Under the pieces are notes generated by a model, which was not told the origin of the DNA, ran no database searches, and saw only the letters and a program-made list of their open reading frames with translations. This document shows positions 17,458 to 25,086 of a DNA stretch of 36,670 nucleotides, in pieces. The translations under genes were made by a program, and so were the position numbers. The first letter of the stretch is position 1. Each line of letters opens with the position of its first letter. This stretch comes from an uncultured virus (IMG/VR IMGVR_UViG_3300011361_000001) (Duplodnaviria; Heunggongvirae; Uroviricota; Caudoviricetes): positions 186,001-222,670 of IMG/VR virus record IMGVR_UViG_3300011361_000001; one strand, written 5' to 3'.

Positions 17458-18431
17458 AAGAGCAAAATGCTTCTGTCGGCACTGTCAGAATTTTTGGCTG
17501 TGGTGGCCTCGGCGTCAATTTCGCAGCAAACTACATCAAGAGCCAAAGCGGTGATGGCTTTGCAGCAATCGATCCTGCGTTCATCGACACCAGCCGTTCC
17601 AACCTCGTTCCCGAGATTCCCGAGGAAAAGGTCTACATCCTCGAGAACACTGATGGCTCTGGTAAAGTGCGTCGTGAAAACCACGCCCAGATCTCCTCGA
17701 GCATCAAGCACATCCTGCAAGCCCAGCAGCCATCTGAATTCAACATCGTGGTCTTCTCGGCTTCCGGTGGTTCGGGTTCGGTTCTGGGTCCGCTGATTGT
17801 TTCGGAACTGCTGGCGCGTGGTCTGCCTGTGGTCGTCCTGACAGCCGGTTCTTCGGAATCGAACATCACGGCGAACAACACCGTCAACACCCTGAAGTCC
17901 TTGGCGGCGATCAGCAAGAAGGAAGCAGCTCCGGTTGTGACCTACTACCTGCACAACGGCGGCGACAACACCCGTTCGGCGGTAGACAAGAAGCTGGCTT
18001 TCGCAACGTCCTGCCTGTCGTACCTGGCTTCTCGCCAGAACGCAGAACTGGACACCAAAGACGTCAGTCACTGGCTGCGCTACAACCACTCGACCGAAGT
18101 GGCCCCTCAGCTCTCGCTGCTGGATATCTTCGTCGACCAGAAAACAGCCAAGAGCATCACCGATCCAATCTCGGTAGCCAGCCTCTACGCTGACCGTGAC
18201 CAACCGCACCTGACCGATCCAGTCCCGGATTACTCGTGCGCCGGTTACTTCCAGCACAAGGTCCAGGACATCGAAGAGATCCATTTCGTGATCTCAACCC
18301 AACACCTCGGTGCGACGTACGAGCGCCTCGAGGACACCCGTAACGATTACAACGCTCGTCGCGACAGCCGCGTCCAAGCCCGCAAGATTGTGGAACTGGA
18401 CGAAGCACAAGACGATGGTTTGGTTCTGTAA
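17454..18431 (+). CDS. phuZ: PhuZ phage tubulin/FtsZ-family spindle protein
   Basis: GCGGLG, FIDTS.SN, DGSGK.R, SASGGSGS signature, ELD..D T7 loop and C-terminal DDGLVL. Confidence 0.95.
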   Translation: MKEQNASVGTVRIFGCGGLGVNFAANYIKSQSGDGFAAIDPAFIDTSRSNLVPEIPEEKVYILENTDGSGKVRRENHAQISSSIKHILQAQQPSEFNIVVFSASGGSGSVLGPLIVSELLARGLPVVVLTAGSSESNITANNTVNTLKSLAAISKKEAAPVVTYYLHNGGDNTRSAVDKKLAFATSCLSYLASRQNAELDTKDVSHWLRYNHSTEVAPQLSLLDIFVDQKTAKSITDPISVASLYADRDQPHLTDPVPDYSCAGYFQHKVQDIEEIHFVISTQHLGATYERLEDTRNDYNARRDSRVQARKIVELDEAQDDGLVL

Positions 18432-18441
18432 GAGGTAGTAT

Positions 18442-18642
18442 ATGAGCCACTTGTTTGCATGTGACAACTGCGACACGGTCGATCTGGATACACTCTCGAT
18501 CCTGCCGCAACCTTGCCCGAGCGGTAAGTGGCTCTGTACCTGTTGCATGAGCCAACCCTGGCACAACCAGTTTCCCCAAGAGAAGTACGATCCCGAGAAA
18601 CATCTCGTGGTCAATCGACCCTCTGGTATTGGTCTGGGTTGA
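18442..18642 (+). CDS. Small Cys-rich zinc-binding protein
   Basis: FACDNC...WLCTCC...WH.QFP; GAGG RBS. Confidence 0.7.
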   Translation: MSHLFACDNCDTVDLDTLSILPQPCPSGKWLCTCCMSQPWHNQFPQEKYDPEKHLVVNRPSGIGLG

Positions 18643-18675
18643 TAATTTTAGGATGTTGAGTAGGACTTCGCCATC

Positions 18676-18894
18676 GTGACGCAAGAACAGAAAGAGTATG
18701 TGGTTTTACGCACCTTCTTCGTAGTCTTTGCTACTGTGTTGGGTGCAGTCATTGGGATCTTATTCTCATGGCAAGCGGCAGTCGTACTGGGGCTGTTCCA
18801 GTTTGTACTGTGTATGGCTCTGACGCGCAAGCAGATTGCAATGCTTGAACGTTATCCATATGAGGACACCGCATGCTCACCCCAATTAAGCTGA
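18676..18894 (+). CDS. Small membrane protein
   Basis: Two hydrophobic helices; AGGA RBS. Confidence 0.6.
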   Translation: MTQEQKEYVVLRTFFVVFATVLGAVIGILFSWQAAVVLGLFQFVLCMALTRKQIAMLERYPYEDTACSPQLS

Positions 18895-19034
18895 GTGATC
18901 TGAAACTCCCACCGCCTAACCCAAACGCTCGACTCGAGACGTTACGCCGTGTGGATGAGTTCCAGCAAGCGCAAGCTGACTTGGAAAAAGGATGCGAGGA
19001 ACTCGGCATTCCCGTGCCTGAGATGGTCTGTTAA
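18873..19034 (+). CDS. 53-aa hypothetical protein below the ORF-track cutoff
   Basis: GAGGA RBS; MLTPIKLSDLKLPPPNPNARLETLRRVDEFQQAQADLEKGCEELGIPVPEMVC; followed by a long hairpin. Confidence 0.55.
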   Translation: MLTPIKLSDLKLPPPNPNARLETLRRVDEFQQAQADLEKGCEELGIPVPEMVC

Positions 19035-19629
19035 GTTTTGGCGGGGTTGGAGCCTAGAGCGATACCTTTTCCTGGTCGCTCTACCAACCCGCCGTTTTAA
19101 TAAGGGGGCTTTGTATAAGAGTCTTAATCATCGGTGGTGCAATATCCTTAGCGATTGCCCAGTTACTTCACGACGGAGCCTTAGGGGTTGAAGTGGTGAC
19201 GGACAACGCTGGGTATGGTACTACCGCCGACAGCTGGTCGCAAAAGGTATACGCTCTGCGGTCATTCGAACACGAAGCTGCCACCCGAGAAGGCTTAGAC
19301 CTCATGCGGACACGGGCAGACTACGGATTCGGACTGACTGGGAGTTGGCCTAGGCGACAATACCTAGCGGGCGCGTCCCACCACATCCATAGGGCGGGTG
19401 TAAGGTGTGGACGCAACCCTTTCTCTCAACCGCTCATGTGAGACCCTAGGAAAATATTTTTCTTTGTGCTTCTCTACATGCTGGCCCTTTGCTATGAATG
19501 GCAATTGTGGCTGGCGCTGGCGGTCTTAGGCGCGTCTATTCTTTTTCTTGAATCTGAGGTGAGTCCGCGACCTTTCAACGCGCGGCATAAAACCCCCTCC
19601 AGGTTCACAGGGTTCAGGGCCCTGGTTTA

Positions 19630-19914
19630 AGAATTAGTGCGCCTGAGATGCGCTATATAATGAACCGATTAAGTTCGGCATAAAGGGTTTACCAACCCAG
19701 CAGTTGCTAATAGTAACACACCCAGGACGAACGGCTTCTATCAGCTGTCCACCCCCCCTAGGGTTTACTTGAGAGCTTCAAAAGCAATAAAGAACACCCC
19801 CCTCGGCCGCAGCCCAGGCAATGTACGAAGGTCACTTCCCTTGGCGGGAGTTGGTGACGCTTAGTCATTTAGACCTGACTCGAGCCGAGACGGGGGCGTT
19901 TCCTATTTATGCCG
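19630..19914 (+). ncRNA. Candidate structured non-coding RNA (small hairpins plus a ~108-nt rod)
   Basis: No credible ORF; nested helices at 19793-19900; ends in TTTATGCCG; strand inferred. Confidence 0.4.
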
Positions 19915-20523
19915 TCAGGTAATCTTACCCCGACGTACAAACTTCAGCAGCTTAGAACGCACCAGGTCGTAAGGCCGGATGGTGCTACCGAGTCTGCCCT
20001 TCAAGAGTTCTATGCCGCCAAAGCGCAAGACCTCAACCACAAACTCAGAACAGATGGAGACCTGCCCGTCCTCAGAAGAAAAGATGTTCTTACGGAAGAT
20101 GGCGTTGAACAAACCTAGGTGGTTGTACCGGGTCTGGTTAGGGTTATTAGCCAGAAACTCGACACGCTCCTTGATTTGCTTGTATGCCGCCTCTGTTACT
20201 TTTAACTCGTAAAGCGAATACAATGATCCGTAGAGATTATCCCGATCTTCAACCATGAAGCCACCTTTAACGGAGCTGATACCGTTATTGAGTGCGTAGG
20301 TGTAGATAGGGTCATTAAAGTTATCTGACAACATCAAGGACACGTGGTTGTAGGGATCGCCTGTGATCAACCGGCTGACCTTACTGAATTGCGTTTTAGT
20401 GTCCGTCAACAAGACATAGATCGAGGGGGCGTTACGGTCTTTGGCCGCATCCACCAACTCGATGCCCTCAGGACTATAGACCAAGCTTGGGCTCGGTTCT
20501 AAGAGGGCGCTTAGCTTCGCCAT
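19915..20523 (-). CDS. YiiX/YebB-like permuted papain-fold (NlpC/P60) amidase
   Basis: PYNHVSL (His) precedes YN...CSEFV (Cys); P.DL near the C-terminus. Confidence 0.75.
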   Translation of the reverse strand: MAKLSALLEPSPSLVYSPEGIELVDAAKDRNAPSIYVLLTDTKTQFSKVSRLITGDPYNHVSLMLSDNFNDPIYTYALNNGISSVKGGFMVEDRDNLYGSLYSLYELKVTEAAYKQIKERVEFLANNPNQTRYNHLGLFNAIFRKNIFSSEDGQVSICSEFVVEVLRFGGIELLKGRLGSTIRPYDLVRSKLLKFVRRGKIT

Positions 20524-20579
20524 TGGGGTTACTCCTAGGTGAGGCGTGAAAGGTTTAAACTAATAAAGAAGTAGCCAAC

Positions 20580-20957
20580 ATGAAAACTTACAAGGTTCTA
20601 GTACCTTTTGTGATCTACCTCATCATAGCAGTAGGGATGCTGGGGATATATAAGTGGGCAGATGAGGCTTTGTCTTATCGGACTGCTTTAGCATGGGCTT
20701 TCTATGCGGGCTTTAGAGCGTTGTATCTATCGGTGTTGGGGGAGAAAGCCGTCAGGCAATTGAGACACGCAGCAGTGGATCAACCTAGCCTGATGTTAAT
20801 GACCATTGTGGTCGGAATTATCCCTTTCATTTTCCTAGGGTGGTTGGGGTGTTTAGCGGCAGGCTGTGTAAGCTTTGCCTTTGAGTACCATTCCTATCGA
20901 CTCGTTCGGAAATATACGTGGAGTATAAACTATGGTAGACATCACGATCAACGCTGA
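20580..20957 (+). CDS. Multi-pass membrane protein
   Basis: Three to four hydrophobic segments. Confidence 0.65.
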   Translation: MKTYKVLVPFVIYLIIAVGMLGIYKWADEALSYRTALAWAFYAGFRALYLSVLGEKAVRQLRHAAVDQPSLMLMTIVVGIIPFIFLGWLGCLAAGCVSFAFEYHSYRLVRKYTWSINYGRHHDQR

Positions 20958-21354
20958 CCGATCCTTCGTCCGTTTGAATAACGGCAACACCATCGAGCAC
21001 GATGAAGAAGGAACCGTGTTCATCCGCAACATCGTCCCACAACAAGACGACCCAACGCGCACCCACACCCATTACACCAGTATCCACAGCTTGGCCAATG
21101 ACGGTCAAAAGATGATCGAGTTGATCAAGCAAGGTATTGAAACCGGTAATTGGGAAGGTCGCTCTCGTCACGCTCTGGTCCGTTCAGGGCAACCCGGTTG
21201 CTACCGATACTTCCCAGTCCCGCTCCTGTTTGAAGATGACGACAAGATCCGTCACTCCAGTCAAGAAGCCGGCCTACACACCCACCCAGATGGTTGGTAC
21301 AAGTATCGCCGCAACTTGGTATCACAACTCGTTGGCCTGCCTCAGATTCCTTGA
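20932..21354 (+). CDS. Hypothetical protein
   Basis: GGAG RBS; biased codons. Confidence 0.75.
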   Translation: MVDITINADRSFVRLNNGNTIEHDEEGTVFIRNIVPQQDDPTRTHTHYTSIHSLANDGQKMIELIKQGIETGNWEGRSRHALVRSGQPGCYRYFPVPLLFEDDDKIRHSSQEAGLHTHPDGWYKYRRNLVSQLVGLPQIP

Positions 21355-21370
21355 GGTAGGTTTTTGCTCC

Positions 21371-21396
21371 AGGAGGCTTCGGCCTCCTTTTTTTTT
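21371..21396 (+). terminator. Intrinsic terminator
   Basis: AGGAGGC-TTCG-GCCTCCT plus T-tract. Confidence 0.85.
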
Positions 21397-21419
21397 CTGC
21401 TGCCAATAACCTATAGTAT

Positions 21420-21860
21420 GCGATTTACACATGCGTTTAAAAAATCCGTTGGTTTCACGGTCGATGGATTAACACCGATGTTGTTCTGTTGAGCAGTGTC
21501 TATGGCATTGCACCGGTTGTCCGGATAACCGAGTTATGGGTCTTGGTGAAAGAGTAGTCAGAAACGTACTGAGGTGACCCGGATTCTGCCACCGTTGTTT
21601 TGTTTGTTTGCGCACGGTGGAGCGAGCAGAATTATTACATTCCGTAGGTCGGGGTAGCGGTTTAACAGGTGGACAGGTGCGATCGGATGTACTCTGGCGT
21701 GGCAACGACTCGGGAACGGCACTGCGCCGTACAGAGAGTGCCGCTGGTGGGCATCGGCGTTGCTTAAGGGGAAACATCGGTGCGTCACCAGGCCGGTTGT
21801 CCTGTCCCTTTTCCATCCTTGGGGTGGGGTGTAGAAGGAGGACTTCGGTCCTCCTTTTAT
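21420..21860 (+). ncRNA. Candidate ~440-nt multi-domain structured RNA
   Basis: Lies between two terminators; TATG at 21417-21420; 10-bp long-range helix 21473-82/21773-82 enclosing at least six hairpins; no credible ORF. Confidence 0.6.
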
Positions 21861-21864
21861 GCCG
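21835..21864 (+). terminator. Intrinsic terminator followed by TTATGCCG
   Basis: AAGGAGGAC-TTCG-GTCCTCCTT-TTATGCCG. Confidence 0.85.
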
Positions 21865-21978
21865 TCTGTTCTTTAAATAGTCCTATAACGTCCTAGGAAG
21901 TCCGTGGCAAGGTTTTCGTCTGTTAAACAATACCGTGTGGCTTATTTTATAGAGAACCCTTGTGGCGCATCCTAAGAT

Positions 21979-22006
21979 GTTTCAGACATATATCATCTAA
22001 GTGAAT
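21979..22006 (+). promoter_or_regulatory. phiKZ-type early promoter
   Basis: GTTTCAGACA-TATATCAT-CTAAGT-GAAT. Confidence 0.65.
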
Positions 22007-22038
22007 TGGCCGACCCCCTTTAAAGAAAGGACTAACCT

Positions 22039-22557
22039 GTGAAATACGTCATACCCACCCGTGACTGGGTTGAGTTCCTAAAAGCGCGACTGGCCGACAT
22101 TATTGAAGAAGGCCTGATCCCGAAAGAAGAACTGCGCTTTAGCAATTCTGTTTGTACTCACGTGGTGCGTAACCTGTTGATCATGCGTCTGCGCGATCTG
22201 ATGCTGTGGTTCGACGACGAGCTTGAACTTAAACTGGTCGGTAGCCCAGACCTGATGATCTCCTTTAACCTCGAACCGTTGGAAGGCTTGATCGCTCGGG
22301 TCTATCCAAACTTCGCCAGTGTGATCGGTGACCACCAGGTCCACCCACAGATGGAGAAGTGGGGCGAGATCATCGAGCTTGAAGTGATCGAACCGCTGGA
22401 CAGTTACTTGCAAGATCACCTGGCAACCACATTCTCCCTCGAGCCGAGTTGGCAACACGCTACACTCAAGCAAATGGGCAACAGCTACATCTTAACTCGC
22501 GGGGAAGACTACCGTGCATTATTCTGGGACAAATACCGACCAACCATCAAGCCATAG
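22039..22557 (+). CDS. Hypothetical protein (phiKZ-like cluster upstream of DNA polymerase)
   Basis: AAGGA RBS; GTG start. Confidence 0.8.
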   Translation: MKYVIPTRDWVEFLKARLADIIEEGLIPKEELRFSNSVCTHVVRNLLIMRLRDLMLWFDDELELKLVGSPDLMISFNLEPLEGLIARVYPNFASVIGDHQVHPQMEKWGEIIELEVIEPLDSYLQDHLATTFSLEPSWQHATLKQMGNSYILTRGEDYRALFWDKYRPTIKP

Positions 22558-23014
22558 ACGGGTTGTGGTGGAAACCTCGCGGGTGTTGGGGTTCATGGAA
22601 GTTGCGCTGTGTGATCACTTCGGTGCTGCGGCTCAGTACCTGAACCTGCAATCGATCCTTTATCAGTTGATTGAGAATCGCATCAGTGGGGATGTGATGG
22701 CGTGTTGTATCGTCATCAAGAAACAACTGGCCGAATACGGCTTAGAGCAACAGCTCTTGGATGAGGTCTTTGACGCAGTACGCGATCAGATGAACCAGAT
22801 CTTCAACCTGTCCTTTGAGTACGACATTCGCGAGTACGTCTGTAACTTCCGTTTGATCCGCCGGGGAGACGTCCTGGTTGAGATCCTGCGTGAGCGTGAT
22901 GCCCCGATTACCTTCAGCATTGAAGAACGGGTAGAGGAATACTTAGAAGAGGCTGATGAGAACTTCGATTACGTCCCAGAACGTATCCGTCGTGCTTTGG
23001 AAGCCATGCGATGA
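22514..23014 (+). CDS. Hypothetical protein
   Basis: Overlapping operon gene; exact start uncertain. Confidence 0.75.
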   Translation: MHYSGTNTDQPSSHRRVVVETSRVLGFMEVALCDHFGAAAQYLNLQSILYQLIENRISGDVMACCIVIKKQLAEYGLEQQLLDEVFDAVRDQMNQIFNLSFEYDIREYVCNFRLIRRGDVLVEILRERDAPITFSIEERVEEYLEEADENFDYVPERIRRALEAMR

Positions 23015-23430
23015 GCAAGGTGGTGGTGTTGGCAATCCCGAACTCCGAACTACCACCTGCTCCCCCTAAACTCTTGGCGTACTTAAACGAGTCGCCAGAA
23101 AGCTTGCGTTGTTTGGCGATTAAACTGTTAGGCAATCGTTGCGATAGCCAACCGTTAGTGGACCTGTTCTTTGATCGGGTGTTATGCGACGAAGGGATCG
23201 CCTACAGCGACACCGTGACCCAGTTGCATCAGCAGTACTTCGATTACATGAATGCCTTAGATCAGGTATTGTACCAATACATCGGTCAGTACCTGTCTGA
23301 GTGCAATCTCAAGGTCGTCGCCCAAGCCAACGCGGTTATAGTTGTGGAATGTCATCATGATCCTCTCGATCCCCATGAACCATCTGTTGGAGGCCTACAA
23401 CCACGTAGAGCCTCACCTGCAAGAGAGTAA
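23011..23430 (+). CDS. Hypothetical protein
   Basis: ATGA coupling to the previous gene. Confidence 0.75.
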   Translation: MSKVVVLAIPNSELPPAPPKLLAYLNESPESLRCLAIKLLGNRCDSQPLVDLFFDRVLCDEGIAYSDTVTQLHQQYFDYMNALDQVLYQYIGQYLSECNLKVVAQANAVIVVECHHDPLDPHEPSVGGLQPRRASPARE

Positions 23431-23809
23431 GATGTCTCTTAAGGACTTTGTGGAATCCTCAGTCACAGTCCTTGACAAAATAGAGACAGCCGATCAACGT
23501 ACATTCAGCAGTCACCCTGCGTACTACCTCGATTTCAACAGTCCCCTCCCCTACCGAACAGCCACCACCTCGACCAGTGTGTTAGCTGAATTTGAGCAAA
23601 AAATACAACAGGCTAATCCAACGAATTGTTATGAGGATATGAACGCAGCTGCGCTTCATCATCAACTTACTGCGTTGGCTTTAGAAGTGTATTATGAGCT
23701 AGTAGCCTTTCTTGAGGTTTACAAAATTGTCGATCACCCGATGCTGCATCGTGCAGTAGTGGGCTGGCAAGGTCAGAATATGCTACTTAAAGTCTACCGC
23801 AGAATCTAG
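23357..23809 (+). CDS. Hypothetical protein
   Basis: Likely start ATG 23357 after GTGGA. Confidence 0.7.
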   Translation: MILSIPMNHLLEAYNHVEPHLQESKMSLKDFVESSVTVLDKIETADQRTFSSHPAYYLDFNSPLPYRTATTSTSVLAEFEQKIQQANPTNCYEDMNAAALHHQLTALALEVYYELVAFLEVYKIVDHPMLHRAVVGWQGQNMLLKVYRRI

Positions 23810-23845
23810 GGGGCGATGCCCTCTAGTATGCCGGAGATTTTCCTG

Positions 23846-24205
23846 ATGTATTTAGTCATTGACTTGCGTGATGCAATATCGGATTTCACGGGAGCTACAC
23901 GCGCTATGACTAACATGGACTACGACATCGCCGAGATCGTGGTCAGTCTTACCGACATCATGTTACGCCGTTATGATCCTATGGCGGTGAATAGTTACGT
24001 GTTCTCCTATCAGGTGTATGGCCAAACGATCAACAACCCTAATAATGACGGCATGATCTTATCGACTGCGATCTCCGTCTTAGCCAACACCATACAAACA
24101 CACCTTTCAACAATGCTGGTGTACACCTCGGATGGCCAGAGCTTATTTCAACTGGACAGGTTAGAGAGGGAACTGCTGGTATTAAAACCTAAACTGTTGG
24201 GGTAA
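23846..24205 (+). CDS. Hypothetical protein
   Basis: Likely start ATG 23846 after GGAG, downstream of a hairpin+TATGCCG element. Confidence 0.7.
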   Translation: MYLVIDLRDAISDFTGATRAMTNMDYDIAEIVVSLTDIMLRRYDPMAVNSYVFSYQVYGQTINNPNNDGMILSTAISVLANTIQTHLSTMLVYTSDGQSLFQLDRLERELLVLKPKLLG

Positions 24206-24229
24206 CCAACATCGAGGCAACACCTTATC

Positions 24230-24634
24230 ATGAATCTAATAAATGTTTCGACCACCTCTGAGGACATTGAGCAAGCCCTTCAGTTGGTGGGGCGGCACCT
24301 CAACCAAGACGTCAGTGATGACCTCCCAGAGTTAAGCTTTGCAGTCAAGCGCATGTTGGCTTATATCGTTCAGTCGATCTACGAGGCCATCGATCCGTTT
24401 GATGAACCGGTGTTGTCAGGAGAGATCGAGCAGTTTGACAGTGAACTCCTCGATCAGGTTATCGCATGCGTCCAACGCTTGGCAGAAGACCCCTTGCTAA
24501 AACCCCTCCTCAAACAAGGCAAGATTCGTGACATCACTTTTCTTAACGATGAGGGTTTGATCCTCATTGAACTGGAGTCCAAACACAATGGCCACGCAAG
24601 ACCAATTCCCACTTTCAAAGCAAGTTTCATTTGA
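24230..24634 (+). CDS. Hypothetical protein
   Basis: GAGG RBS; acidic protein. Confidence 0.75.
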   Translation: MNLINVSTTSEDIEQALQLVGRHLNQDVSDDLPELSFAVKRMLAYIVQSIYEAIDPFDEPVLSGEIEQFDSELLDQVIACVQRLAEDPLLKPLLKQGKIRDITFLNDEGLILIELESKHNGHARPIPTFKASFI

Positions 24635-25007
24635 AGTCTACCCCAGTCTGATTCTGGGCAACAACTTCAAGAACGTCAAGGTGATGGGCCTTGTTGATGC
24701 TGACACCGCCCGCATGCTGGGGTTGGATGCACCTGCCATGCACGCCAACGTCTACCCAACCTTGCCGCAGGGAACGGTCGATGCGTACGACGAGTACCTC
24801 TACGTACGGGTCAAGCACAGCAACGGTCAACAGTCGATCCTTGGGCTGCCTTGGATCAAAGCCTCCTCGGTACAGGTACTGGACTACACGAACCTGATGG
24901 TACGCATTGGGAACGTCAACCCTGGTGAAGCAGAAAAGGTCATCGAAGCCTTGGCGGCTAACGGTTTCCATCAAGTGGAGATCGTCAGCCAGTCATCCGC
25001 TATGTAA
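24588..25007 (+). CDS. Conserved phiKZ-like hypothetical protein (SH3-like beta-barrel style)
   Basis: Start ATG 24588 after GGAG; F.VYPS.ILG..F.NV, H.NVYPTLP and G.PWI motifs recalled from phiKZ-like phages. Confidence 0.7.
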   Translation: MATQDQFPLSKQVSFEVYPSLILGNNFKNVKVMGLVDADTARMLGLDAPAMHANVYPTLPQGTVDAYDEYLYVRVKHSNGQQSILGLPWIKASSVQVLDYTNLMVRIGNVNPGEAEKVIEALAANGFHQVEIVSQSSAM

Positions 25008-25020
25008 TGACGTTCGACGG

Positions 25021-25068
25021 GTAGTCGCGCTCAAGCTTCGGCTTGGGTGCACTGCCTTTTTCTTTTTC
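25021..25068 (+). terminator. Intrinsic terminator
   Basis: Hairpin with a TTCG loop followed by TTTTTCTTTTT. Confidence 0.75.
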
Positions 25069-25086
25069 TGTTTTATAGGTGATCCA

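Noticed and set aside
16721..17495. Group I intron or intein in phuZ
   Set aside because: The endonuclease ORF fills the insert, there is no room for a catalytic RNA core, the ORF is out of frame with the upstream fragment, and the downstream phuZ has its own complete N-terminus.
17373..18284. 303-aa minus-strand ORF
   Set aside because: It is the antisense shadow of phuZ, caused by the same codon bias.
21469..21880. Three short overlapping ORFs in the 21.4-21.9 kb gap
   Set aside because: They lack an RBS and have atypical composition, and one runs through the terminator; RNA structure explains the region better.
24907..25086. N-terminal extensions given by the ORF track (also 12805, 13367, 29634 and 31708)
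   Set aside because: They cross terminators, upstream genes or leaders; downstream starts have proper RBSs and match homolog-like N-termini.
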